DNA of 64,000 nt from positions 3,857-67,856 of the forward strand of contig CALAKV010000038.1 of assembly GCA_937922985.1 (NCBI GenBank), read 5' to 3'. The position numbers and the translations under genes are program-made. Position 1 is the stretch's first letter. Each line of letters begins with the position of its first letter. This document shows, one piece after another, positions 8,976 to 17,044 of this stretch. A model generated the notes under the pieces. That model saw only the letters and a program-made list of their open reading frames with translations, had not been told where the DNA came from and did no database searches. The stretch is from an uncultured bacterium (lineage in GTDB: Bacteria > Patescibacteriota > Saccharimonadia > Saccharimonadales > Saccharimonadaceae).

Positions 8976-8989
8976 AATATGCGAGTAAA
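8970..8989 (+). repeat. 20-nt exact copy of the rpmI-stop/rplT-start junction (TAAAATAATATGCGAGTAAA), copy 1
   Basis: Identical to 9722..9741. It overlaps the -10 box and the first transcribed bases of the infC leader. Confidence 0.9.
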
Positions 8990-9025
8990 TTGCTGAAAAA
9001 TAGCAATTCGAAAGGAAGGAAAATT

Positions 9026-9532
9026 ATTAGCAAAAAAATTCGAATAAACGAAGAAATTCGCGCTCGCGAAGTTCGCGTTATCGGTCAAAGTGGCGAACAA
9101 CTTGGAATTATGAGTTCGAAAGAGGCTTTTAATCTTGCTCAAGAAGCAGGACTAGACCTTGTGGAGATCTCACCAAACGCTGAACCACCTGTTGTTAAAA
9201 TTATTGATTGGGGTAAATTCCAATATCAAAAAATGAAAGAACAGCAGAAGAATAAGCGTAAAGCTAAACAAATTGAACTTAAACAAATGCGCTTTGGGCT
9301 AAAAATTGGTTCTGGAGACCTGGATATAAAGCTTCGAAAAGTTAAAAAATTCTTGTCTGCAGGAAATAAAGTTAAGATTCAAATTGTTTTCAAGGGCCGA
9401 GAAATGGCTCATAAAGAAATTGGATTTGAAATGGCTAATAAAATTGTTTCCCTTCTCGAAGAAGAAGCTATAGTAGAGCAAAAACCTCAGATGGCTGGCC
9501 GCAATCTGAGTTTGGTAGTAAGGAGTAAATAA
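9026..9532 (+). CDS. infC: translation initiation factor IF-3 (probable ATT start; ORF track uses TTG at 8990)
   Basis: The sequence ...IRINEEIRAREVRVIGQSGEQLGIMSSKEAFNLAQEAGLDLVEISPNAEPPVVKIIDWGKFQYQ is canonical IF-3. RBS aaggaagg (9012-9019) is followed by in-frame ATT codons at 9023 and 9026. An AUU start is the known autoregulatory feature of infC. Confidence 0.9.
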   Translation: MSKKIRINEEIRAREVRVIGQSGEQLGIMSSKEAFNLAQEAGLDLVEISPNAEPPVVKIIDWGKFQYQKMKEQQKNKRKAKQIELKQMRFGLKIGSGDLDIKLRKVKKFLSAGNKVKIQIVFKGREMAHKEIGFEMANKIVSLLEEEAIVEQKPQMAGRNLSLVVRSK

Positions 9533-9729
9533 TGCCTAAATTAAAAACACATAAGGGCACAGCAAAGCGAATGAAGCTTACTGGAAGCGGCAAAGTAGTA
9601 CGCCGTCGAGCCTTTAAGAATCACATGCTTTCTAAGAAAAGCAAAAGTCGAAAACGACGAATTAACACCACTGCAACCGTAGAAGGAGCAATGGCTAAAA
9701 ATATTAAACGAGCATTGGGGGTAAAATAA
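9532..9729 (+). CDS. rpmI: 50S ribosomal protein L35
   Basis: 65 aa starting [34 protein letters not shown] aggag; overlaps the infC stop. Confidence 0.95.
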   Translation: MPKLKTHKGTAKRMKLTGSGKVVRRRAFKNHMLSKKSKSRKRRINTTATVEGAMAKNIKRALGVK

Positions 9730-9741
9730 TATGCGAGTAAA
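9722..9741 (+). repeat. 20-nt repeat, copy 2 (native rpmI stop / rplT start)
   Basis: TAAAATAATATGCGAGTAAA, identical to 8970..8989. Confidence 0.9.
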
Positions 9742-10072
9742 ACGAGGTGTAACAGCACGAGCAAAGCATAAGAAAATCCTAAAAGCAGCTAAAGGTATGC
9801 AACATGCGCGAACACGTTCATATCGATTAGCTAAACAAGGCGTAATCCGCTCATTGCAATACGCATATCGCGACCGCCGAAACCGCAAACGAGATCTTCG
9901 AGCCCTATGGATTACTCGAATCAATATCGCAGCACGTGAAAACGGAATCACTTACGGAAAACTTATCGCTGGTTTAAAAGCTAAAAATATTGCGCTTGAC
10001 CGAAAAGTTCTTGCAGAATTAGCAGTTAGCGAACCAAAAGCTTTTGCAAAAATTGTTGAATCAGTAAAATAA
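9731..10072 (+). CDS. rplT: 50S ribosomal protein L20
   Basis: 113 aa starting [22 protein letters not shown]...[26 protein letters not shown]. Confidence 0.95.
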   Translation: MRVKRGVTARAKHKKILKAAKGMQHARTRSYRLAKQGVIRSLQYAYRDRRNRKRDLRALWITRINIAARENGITYGKLIAGLKAKNIALDRKVLAELAVSEPKAFAKIVESVK

Positions 10073-10092
10073 TTCTTCAATAAAAACTAAAA

Positions 10093-10121
10093 ATCACACT
10101 TTCGAAAGAGGTGTGATTTTT
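10093..10121 (+). terminator. intrinsic terminator after rplT
   Basis: Stem atcacac / gtgtgat with loop tttcgaaagag, followed by a T-run. Confidence 0.7.
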
Positions 10122-10135
10122 AGTTTAAAATTAAA

Positions 10136-10454
10136 AGCTTGTCTGTAAGCCGGGTTCTGTCATGGATAGTCATCTATCTAGTTTAAGAATTACTCCTTAA
10201 ATCAAGCGGTTATCGAATTATGGCGAGCGACCATTTTTATAATTCTCCTTGCAGCGGACAGGGTTTACCTCTTGCTTCGCGTCACCGCGAGCAACTGTGA
10301 GCTCTTACCTCACTCCTTTCACCCTTACCTTTTCAGGCGGTATCGTTTCTGTGGCACTTTCCCTAAGGTTTCCCTCGGTTGTCGTTAACAACTGCCTTGC
10401 TCTATGCTGCCCGGACTTTCCTCTAATTTTAAATTAGCGACCATCTAACAAGCT
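10136..10454 (-). ncRNA. rnpB: RNase P RNA, bacterial type A, compact (~319 nt)
   Basis: - Minus strand reads AGCTTGT...GAGGAAAGTCCGGGC...ACAGAAACGATACCGCC...ACAGAACCCGGCTTACAGACAAGCT.
- This covers the universally conserved P4 halves and a P1 pairing AGCTTGT/ACAAGCT.
- An extended -10 (TGATATAAT) lies just upstream.
- The 62-aa plus-strand ORF at 10249..10437 is therefore spurious. Confidence 0.9.
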
Positions 10455-10485
10455 ATTTTCTATTATATCAAATTTTCACAAATAT

Positions 10486-10628
10486 AAAAAGCCCCACCAA
10501 CTTTGATATTTTCCCCGCATAAAATTATACGGTGGATACCTCCTCAACCTACTACCACGATAGTAGATCATCATTTGGAGTTCCTCTATCAATGATTATT
10601 CAGGAAAAATCATTCGCCAGCAGGGCTT
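10486..10628 (-). ncRNA. candidate structured small RNA of unknown class (~140 nt)
   Basis: - A minus-strand TATAAT (10635-10640) lies ~7 nt upstream of GCCCUGCUGG.
- The 3' end is UUGGUGGGGC followed by UUUUU.
- The 5'/3' ends form a 10-bp helix with 5 G-U pairs, so it works on this strand only.
- Internal hairpins are AAUGAUU/AAUCAUU, CUACUA/UAGUAG and UUGAUA/UAUCAA. Confidence 0.35.
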
Positions 10629-10675
10629 ACTTTAATTATACCAATTTTTAAAATAAAAATCCAGTGTTTTAAATT

Positions 10676-11326
10676 CTACAAACCAAAAATCCGCAAAAAA
10701 GCTGAAAATCCTTCAAGAATAAAACTCATTGAGAAATTGATATAATTAGAAATTACGGTAGAAAACAAAAACATTAAAGCTAAAATAAAAATCGAACCGT
10801 AAGATTCAAGCCTGTCAAAAAAATCTTGAATAAACTCCGGCGCAAATGGTTGAAGAATTTTTGAACCATCTAGCGGAGGAATTGGAATTAAGTTAAAAAT
10901 CGCCAAACTCAAATTAATTAGTGTAAATCTACCAAAAATAGCCGCGATATCACCATGTGATAAGTTTAAAGCATGCATTATCGTAAAGGATATGAGCGCC
11001 ATTATAAAATTAGATAAAGGACCAGCAAGAGCAACGAGAGCCATACCCCATTTGTTCCATTTAAGCTCTCTAGAATCAACTAGGACAGGTTTTGCACCAC
11101 CAATTACAGGAAGATTCGAAAATACGCACAATATCGGTAAAATAATACTAATATAAGGGTCTAAATGCGCAATTGGATTTAAAGTTAATCTTCCCTCCCT
11201 TTTCGCCGTTTCATCACCCAATAAATAGGCGACGAATCCGTGAGAAAATTCATGAACAATCATTGCTACTAATATTGAAATTATAGATATAAATATTATA
11301 AAAACCATATATCTATTATACACCAC
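10676..11326 (-). CDS. site-2 protease family (M50) zinc metalloprotease
   Basis: 216 aa, polytopic. It has the HEFSHG (HExxH) motif in TM1 and a later NLIPIPPLDG motif. Confidence 0.8.
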   Translation of the reverse strand: MVYNRYMVFIIFISIISILVAMIVHEFSHGFVAYLLGDETAKREGRLTLNPIAHLDPYISIILPILCVFSNLPVIGGAKPVLVDSRELKWNKWGMALVALAGPLSNFIMALISFTIMHALNLSHGDIAAIFGRFTLINLSLAIFNLIPIPPLDGSKILQPFAPEFIQDFFDRLESYGSIFILALMFLFSTVISNYINFSMSFILEGFSAFLRIFGL

Positions 11327-11392
11327 TTGACCTTTTTTAAAAAATACGTTATAATGGAACAGATTGTAAATATTAAAGTAAAGAGAGTTAAA

Positions 11393-11581
11393 ATGGCAGT
11401 ATGTGATTTAACAGGAAAAGGAAAGCAACACGGAAACAACGTTAGCTTTTCATTGCGACGCACAAAACGAACTTTTAAGCCAAACATCCAAAAGAAAACT
11501 ATTATTATTGATGGCAAAAAAGTTCGACTAAATTTGAGCACCGCAGCTATCCGAACTTTGAAGAAAAAAGGTATTCTATAA
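11393..11581 (+). CDS. rpmB: 50S ribosomal protein L28
   Basis: MAVCDLTGKGKQHGNNVSFSLRRTKRTFKPNIQKK. The ORF-track start at 11327 is an upstream extension; the ATG at 11393 follows agagag. Confidence 0.9.
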   Translation: MAVCDLTGKGKQHGNNVSFSLRRTKRTFKPNIQKKTIIIDGKKVRLNLSTAAIRTLKKKGIL

Positions 11582-11604
11582 TATTTTTATCTCAAAAGAA
11601 AATT

Positions 11605-11626
11605 CCCACAATTTTGTGGGTTTTTT
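11605..11626 (+). terminator. intrinsic terminator after rpmB
   Basis: cccaca-attt-tgtggg followed by tttttt. Confidence 0.7.
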
Positions 11627-11633
11627 CTTATAT

Positions 11634-11665
11634 AAAAAAGAGCCTATCTTCGAAAGATTGGCTCT
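11634..11665 (-). terminator. intrinsic terminator of the 11676..12314 gene
   Basis: Stem agagcc / ggctct with loop tatcttcgaaagatt. On the minus strand it is followed by TTTTTT. Confidence 0.65.
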
Positions 11666-11675
11666 TTAAAAAATA

Positions 11676-12314
11676 TTATTTTGTCCGTTCAATTTTAACT
11701 ATTGTCATTTTCTCAGGTAAACTTGTAGCCGATTTCACTTTATACTTTGTAGTTTTTTCAACATCAACACCTAGTTCTTTTTCGAAAAGTGCAAAATCAG
11801 ATTGGAGAACTTCGTAGTTAATCCCATCATCAGCATAATGAACAGGAATAATTATTTTTGCATCAGATCTTCTAGCAATATTTGCCGCAGCTGTTGCATC
11901 TAGAGTATATCCGCCACCACCAATCGGTAAAACTAAAATATCCAAAACGCCAAGGTTCTCAAGCTGGTCATCAGATAAATTTGGGTCAATATTTCCCAAA
12001 ATACCAATCCTAACACCGCAAACTTCAACACTATAAATTACAGATTTTTTGTCATCCTTGTCTTCATCAATATGCCGTTTTTCTTGATAGCCATTTATAG
12101 TAAAATCTGACACTTCATAACTTCCAGGATAGGATATTGAAAGCTTAAAATCTTCACTACCAGTCTTAAACCTCTCCTCAGTGGCAAGCTCAACCCCTTC
12201 TTTAATAACTAAATCTTTGTCACCAAAAATAGAATGTTTAGGATCGGTTATTAATGAAATCTTTTTTGTAGAAATTACAATACTGTTTGCGCCCTTATAT
12301 TCAATATCAAACAT
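11676..12314 (-). CDS. MBL-fold metallo-hydrolase (UPF0173-like)
   Basis: 212 aa: ...ILVLPIGGGGYTLDATAAANIARRSDAKIIIPVHYAD, typical of small beta-lactamase-fold hydrolases. Confidence 0.6.
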   Translation of the reverse strand: MFDIEYKGANSIVISTKKISLITDPKHSIFGDKDLVIKEGVELATEERFKTGSEDFKLSISYPGSYEVSDFTINGYQEKRHIDEDKDDKKSVIYSVEVCGVRIGILGNIDPNLSDDQLENLGVLDILVLPIGGGGYTLDATAAANIARRSDAKIIIPVHYADDGINYEVLQSDFALFEKELGVDVEKTTKYKVKSATSLPEKMTIVKIERTK

Positions 12315-12326
12315 TATTTACTCCCA

Positions 12327-12941
12327 TTATAATTTTTCAAGTATATTTTCTTTATCAAAGACTATTTTGTAATTATTTTCAAATAACCCTTTTATAAAGG
12401 TATCTTGCGTGGTGTATCGATAGTAAAAATCTTCCATAGATAAAATCATATAGTTTAACTCACGGCCTTCTTTTTTCTCAATATCTGAAGCCCAATTCGA
12501 AAGCTTTTTATCCTGGTTATTTCCAACTATTAACATATCAATATACGAATCCACATCATCAACAAAAACTCCAAATAATACAAGAATATCTATTTGTTTT
12601 CGAATGTTCTCAACTTCAGATTGCCATCTATCTATAGAAGATATTTTTTTATCAACAGAAGCACTCTCATTCATTTTAACTCCAGCAAACATCTCCCTTA
12701 ACGGAAGGTAGTATTTAAACCTCTGGTTCGCTTGATAAAAAATCTTCCTATCTTCTGTTGAGTTTTTCACAACACCGACACTTTCAAGATTGGTTAGCTC
12801 TCTTCGAACAGAGTTAACTTGTTCATCAATAATTCGTGATATTTCACGAACGTAAAACTTCTCTTCTGGACTATTGAAAAATAGGTTTAAAAGTTTAACC
12901 CTCGTTTTTGAGCCAAATAGTGCATTTATACTCTGTTCCAT
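12327..12941 (-). CDS. winged-helix transcriptional regulator-like protein
   Basis: 204 aa. The N-terminal segment KTRVKLLNLFFNSPEEKFYVREISRIIDEQVNSVRRELTNLESVGVV resembles an ArsR/MarR-type wHTH. Confidence 0.55.
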   Translation of the reverse strand: MEQSINALFGSKTRVKLLNLFFNSPEEKFYVREISRIIDEQVNSVRRELTNLESVGVVKNSTEDRKIFYQANQRFKYYLPLREMFAGVKMNESASVDKKISSIDRWQSEVENIRKQIDILVLFGVFVDDVDSYIDMLIVGNNQDKKLSNWASDIEKKEGRELNYMILSMEDFYYRYTTQDTFIKGLFENNYKIVFDKENILEKL

Positions 12942-12982
12942 AAATCTATTTTACCATATTTTTCAAAAATCAACCAGACCTT

Positions 12983-13867
12983 TTACAACTTTTTTATACA
13001 TTTTTTAATTTTCGAAATAATAAATTGTTCAGCATCTTTTAAATCGAGCCATACTATATCTTCGTTTCTCTTCATAAAAGTCATCTGTCTTTTAGCTAAT
13101 CTCCAATCCTGCACAGACATCTTATCAATAAGTTCCTTCTTATCTAATTCTCCATTCAAAAATTTTCGAATTAATGGATAAGCATTTGCTGTCATTGCTT
13201 CAGAATTTGAGCCATATTTCTGTTCAACTTTTTTGTATTCTTCAATTATTCCAGAGTTAAAAAAAATTCCATTCCTTTTAAAGATTTTTTCTCGGAGCTC
13301 TTCGCGATTAGTTGTTATTCCTACAACAATATTATTATAATTATTGTGTTTTTTACAACTTTTACCCTTTTTACTTATGCTTTTTTCTATTGATCGAATT
13401 AAATATCGCTTATTCTTATTATTTTCTGGAATTTCAATTTCATTTTCAAAAATATAATTTTGTAAATCTTCGACGGTTCTCTGGTTCAAGTCTTTTCGAA
13501 AATTATCATCAACTTCACCGCCAAAGTCATAATCATATAAAACCGCATCAATATATAATCCAGTTCCACCAACTAAAAATGGAATTTTACCACGATCCAA
13601 AATATCATCAATTTTAGCATAGGCATATTCCTTAAAATCTGCCGCGGTAAAGCGCTCCCCAGGCTCAACCAAATCAAAGCCCCAATGAATAACACCTTCT
13701 CGCTCCTTAATTGTTGGTTTCGCAGAAGCAATATTAATATCTTTATAAATAGCTCGCGAATCAGCAGAAATAATCTCACCGCCAAAAAGCTTGGCTAATT
13801 TTATAGCCAAGCTCGTCTTCCCGCTCGCGGTAGGGCCAGTGATTATAACTAAAGTGTTATTTCTCAT
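12983..13867 (-). CDS. miaA: tRNA dimethylallyltransferase
   Basis: P-loop ITGPTASGKTSLAIKLA, followed by EIISADSRAIYKDINIASAKPT. Confidence 0.9.
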   Translation of the reverse strand: MRNNTLVIITGPTASGKTSLAIKLAKLFGGEIISADSRAIYKDINIASAKPTIKEREGVIHWGFDLVEPGERFTAADFKEYAYAKIDDILDRGKIPFLVGGTGLYIDAVLYDYDFGGEVDDNFRKDLNQRTVEDLQNYIFENEIEIPENNKNKRYLIRSIEKSISKKGKSCKKHNNYNNIVVGITTNREELREKIFKRNGIFFNSGIIEEYKKVEQKYGSNSEAMTANAYPLIRKFLNGELDKKELIDKMSVQDWRLAKRQMTFMKRNEDIVWLDLKDAEQFIISKIKKCIKKL

Positions 13868-13870
13868 ACT

Positions 13871-15688
13871 TTATATTTTTCGAATAAATTCCGCTAAATC
13901 TTGAAGAGTAACTTTTTCTTCAACGAATTCACTATTTTTTCGAAAACGAACACTCACTTCATTATTCTCTTTATCTTTAGGCCCAACGATTAACTGAACT
14001 GGAATTTTCATTGCAGTTGCTTCACGAATTTTCTTACCTAAAGACTCATTTCGATTATCAACAGAATAACGAATTTCATTGAATTTAACTGGCAAGTTAA
14101 GCACAGTCCCAGAAAGAATTTTCGAAACTTCTTCAACGTAATCATTTAAAGTATCGTTAATTGTTAAAATTCGAACTTGTTCTGGAGCTGCCCAAAAATC
14201 GAACCAACCAGCCTTATGCTCAATATAAACACTCATAAATCGCTCAATCGAACCAAGCAAAGCGCAGTGAATCATTACAGGTCGTTCATCTTGACCTTCA
14301 GAGTTTTTATATGAAAGTTCGAATCGCTCAGGCTGAACAAAATCAAGCTGAACCGTTGCCACTTGATGCTCACGACCAATTGCATCTGTTGCCATAAAGT
14401 CGATTTTTGGACCATAAAACGCAGCCTCACCTTCTTCTTCGAAATAATCCAAATTATTCGAAATTACTGCTTTTTTAAGCTGATTTTGCGCACTTTCCCA
14501 AACTGCCAAATCACCAAGATAACTATCAGAATCATCACGATAGCTAAGGCGCACTCGAAGTTTCATTCCAATTCCAGAATAAAGCTCATGAGCAGCAGCT
14601 AGCAGATTTTGAATTTCACCTTCAATCTGATCAGTTCGGCAAAAAATATGTGAATCATCTTGCGTTAAAGAACGAACACGATTCAAGCCACCAAGCTCGC
14701 CAGTTTGCTCGTCACGATAGTCTGTTGTTGTTTCAAGATAACGGATTGGTAAATCTTTATAGCTTCTTGGATTCGAAGCAAAAATTTGCGTATGGTGTGG
14801 ACAGTTCATTGGCTTTAATGCAAATTGCCCACCAGTAACCTGTGATTTCACCAAGAAAAGCTCTTCGCCAAATTTAGCCCAGTGCCCAGATTTTTCGTAC
14901 AAATCTTTTTTAGTAATGTGCGGAGTCCAAACTTTTTCGAAACCGTATTTTTGGCGTAATTGATTTGAATAGTTCGCCAAAACATCACGTAAAATTGTTC
15001 CACGTGGCGTGAAGAGTGGCAAACCAATTCCGACAAGTGGAGAAACGGTATATAAATCAAGCTCTTTACCAAGTTTGCGGTGATCGCGTTTTTTTGCTTC
15101 CTCCATTCGTTCAAGGTATTCATCAAGCTCCTCTTGAGTTTCGAAAGCCACACCATAAAGACGCTGCATCTGTGGATTTTTTTCATCACCACGCCAATAA
15201 GCACCCGCCACACGCATCAATTTAAAAGCGCCAACTTCGCTAGTATTCGAAAGGTGTGGACCTCGGCATAAATCCTTATAGTTTCCATTAGTATAAAAAC
15301 TAACAGTTTCAGCGCCGTTACCAAGTTCAAAATCGCCCTCAGCAAGAATTTTCGCATTTGTTGTGCCGGCATTTTTCAAATCGTTCAAAAGCTCCAATTT
15401 ATAGGGCTGATTATTTTCTTTCGCCCACTCGATTGCTTCTTCAATCGAAACTTCGCTTCGCACAAAATCTTGCTTTTCAGCAATAATTCGCCGCATAGCT
15501 TTTTCAATTTTAACAAAGTTTTTTTCTGAAATTTTATTTTCACTTAAATCAATATCATAATAAAAACCATCATTAATTGCTGGGCCAACGCCAAATTTTG
15601 CATCTTTATAAATTCGTTGAACAGCTGCCGCCATGATATGAGCAAGGCTGTGGCGCATTTTGAAAAGTTTTTCTTCTTTATTCTCCAC
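13871..15688 (-). CDS. thrS: threonine--tRNA ligase (short form without TGS domain)
   Basis: 605 aa. It has the RHSLAHIMAAAV editing/second-additional-domain motif, class II core motifs (FRDEQTGELGGLNRVRSLTQDD, GPKIDF), and a C-terminal anticodon-binding domain. Confidence 0.9.
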   Translation of the reverse strand: MENKEEKLFKMRHSLAHIMAAAVQRIYKDAKFGVGPAINDGFYYDIDLSENKISEKNFVKIEKAMRRIIAEKQDFVRSEVSIEEAIEWAKENNQPYKLELLNDLKNAGTTNAKILAEGDFELGNGAETVSFYTNGNYKDLCRGPHLSNTSEVGAFKLMRVAGAYWRGDEKNPQMQRLYGVAFETQEELDEYLERMEEAKKRDHRKLGKELDLYTVSPLVGIGLPLFTPRGTILRDVLANYSNQLRQKYGFEKVWTPHITKKDLYEKSGHWAKFGEELFLVKSQVTGGQFALKPMNCPHHTQIFASNPRSYKDLPIRYLETTTDYRDEQTGELGGLNRVRSLTQDDSHIFCRTDQIEGEIQNLLAAAHELYSGIGMKLRVRLSYRDDSDSYLGDLAVWESAQNQLKKAVISNNLDYFEEEGEAAFYGPKIDFMATDAIGREHQVATVQLDFVQPERFELSYKNSEGQDERPVMIHCALLGSIERFMSVYIEHKAGWFDFWAAPEQVRILTINDTLNDYVEEVSKILSGTVLNLPVKFNEIRYSVDNRNESLGKKIREATAMKIPVQLIVGPKDKENNEVSVRFRKNSEFVEEKVTLQDLAEFIRKI

Positions 15689-15738
15689 TTAAAATCCTTT
15701 CGAAAATAATATTTTAACTCTTTTTATTTTATCACCAC

Positions 15739-15767
15739 TTGAATTTTCTTGCAAGCTTTGCTAAAAT
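15739..15767 (+). promoter_or_regulatory. promoter of tRNA-Val (TTGAAT-17-TAAAAT)
   Basis: TTGAAT at 15739-15744 and TAAAAT at 15762-15767. The tRNA 5' end lies 9 nt downstream. Confidence 0.5.
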
Positions 15768-15775
15768 AAAACCAC

Positions 15776-15852
15776 GGGCGATTAGCTCAGTTGGCTAGAG
15801 CGTCACATTGACGTTGTGAAAGTCAGAGGTTCGAGTCCTCTATCGCCCACCA
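15776..15852 (+). tRNA. tRNA-Val (GAC), CCA encoded
   Basis: Hand-folded cloverleaf: GGGCGAT/ATCGCCC acceptor, GCTC/GAGC D-stem, TCACA-TTGACGT-TGTGA anticodon arm, AGAGG-TTCGAGT-CCTCT T-arm, then A-CCA. Confidence 0.9.
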
Positions 15853-15910
15853 ACTTATAATATAGTAATTCCTTTAATTATATTGTTAGTTTTTTATAAT
15901 CAATCTTCTA

Positions 15911-15940
15911 AAATACCGCACTTATTATGCGGTATTTTAG
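15911..15940. terminator. bidirectional intrinsic terminator
   Basis: aaataccgca-cttatta-tgcggtattt, a 10-bp stem flanked by A and T runs, between tRNA-Val (+) and the DUF262/HNH gene (-). Confidence 0.7.
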
Positions 15941-15951
15941 TTTTATGAAAA

Positions 15952-17040
15952 TTACTTATCACTCTTCTCGCGGTTATCTTTTCTGCAAAGCATTTGGCAG
16001 TTTTCGGCCACAGTTTTTCCACCTTTACTCCATGGGTTGATATGATCAGCTTCCATTTCTTCAATTAAATAGTGTTCATGACAAATTGGGCAAATTCCCA
16101 TTTGTCGCTCATAAACTTGACTTTTAATATCATCATCAAAAGCTCGCAAGCTCAAATATTTCTCGTTATCCGTTAAAATATATTGATAAATCCCACTTTT
16201 CTTGGTAACTTCATTATCTTTATAAAGTTCCGAAACTCTCCGTTCGTTTTCTTCACCATTCTTTTCAAAACCTTGATCTTTGAATTCATTATAAAATTCA
16301 CCCCACGGCAATCCTTTCATTTCTTTGCGATATTTAGGGAAAACTCTCTGCACCCATTCCATAACATCTTCGAAATATCGCCAAAGTTCTTTCGCATTTG
16401 CGTCGTGCTGGTGGATTCCCATATAATTCTCGACATTTCCGTCAGAAATCCACTTCAAAACTGTTTCTAAAACCTCTTGGCGAAGATAACTCTTATTTAA
16501 ATAATCATTATAACCATTTTGTGCAGGGCAACCACTTTTACTAAAATATCGTTTAGCGTCCACCAGCCAGCTACCAGTATAAACTGAATTTCTCAACTCT
16601 TGTGGCGTTAGTTCTTCGCCTGCAATATTCACAATTTTAAACCAATCCAGCTTTTCACGCGTTTCGCCTTCGCAAAAATAGATCATCAGCTCATATTCTT
16701 CAATTTGCTCTTGTTCTTCAGGAGTCAAATTATTAAAATAAGCACCATCAACACTAAAATCTCCGCTCAAATATTTACAAATTGACATCGTGCGCTGTTG
16801 CCCATCTAAAAGCTCAAAAGTGCCGTCACTATTCTTTGACCAATACATAATATTGAGCGGAAAACCTTTTCGAATTGTACGAATCACCTCTCGCTGTTGC
16901 TCATCTTTATAAACAAACTCTCGCTGATACGGCGGGCGAATGTTTAACTTGTCATCAAAACCCACCACACCAGCTTCTTCATCATTTTCGAAACCAGCAA
17001 ATAAATCTTTTACTTTAATTTTATGTAGCTCAATTTTCAT
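15952..17040 (-). CDS. DUF262 (ParB/Srx-like NTPase) plus C-terminal HNH nuclease, GmrSD-like compact enzyme
   Basis: 362 aa. The N-terminus has PPYQREFVY...LLDGQQRT (DUF262 signature). The C-terminus has CPICHE...ADHINPWSKGGKTVAENCQMLCRKDNREK (HNH with a Cys4-type zinc motif). Confidence 0.75.
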   Translation of the reverse strand: MKIELHKIKVKDLFAGFENDEEAGVVGFDDKLNIRPPYQREFVYKDEQQREVIRTIRKGFPLNIMYWSKNSDGTFELLDGQQRTMSICKYLSGDFSVDGAYFNNLTPEEQEQIEEYELMIYFCEGETREKLDWFKIVNIAGEELTPQELRNSVYTGSWLVDAKRYFSKSGCPAQNGYNDYLNKSYLRQEVLETVLKWISDGNVENYMGIHQHDANAKELWRYFEDVMEWVQRVFPKYRKEMKGLPWGEFYNEFKDQGFEKNGEENERRVSELYKDNEVTKKSGIYQYILTDNEKYLSLRAFDDDIKSQVYERQMGICPICHEHYLIEEMEADHINPWSKGGKTVAENCQMLCRKDNREKSDK

Positions 17041-17044
17041 TGCT

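Noticed and set aside
9541-9951. 136-aa minus-strand ORF across rpmI/rplT
   Set aside because: It is antisense to two unmistakable ribosomal protein genes. The Arg/Cys-rich translation is typical of the reverse frame of basic proteins.
10249-10437. 62-aa plus-strand ORF
   Set aside because: It lies entirely inside the minus-strand RNase P RNA gene (GAGGAAAGTCCGGGC and ACAGAACCCGGCTTA motifs).
10486-10628. Possibility that the candidate sRNA is the SRP (4.5S) RNA or 6S RNA
   Set aside because: I could not find the helix-8 GGAA tetraloop with flanking AGCAGC/GGUCC elements. The length of about 140 nt is short for 6S. It is left as an unknown class pending an Infernal scan.
13871-15775. T-box leader upstream of thrS (and likewise upstream of valS at 55364..55416)
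   Set aside because: Only about 85 nt and 50 nt of upstream sequence exist, too short for a T-box. No specifier/antiterminator architecture was seen.
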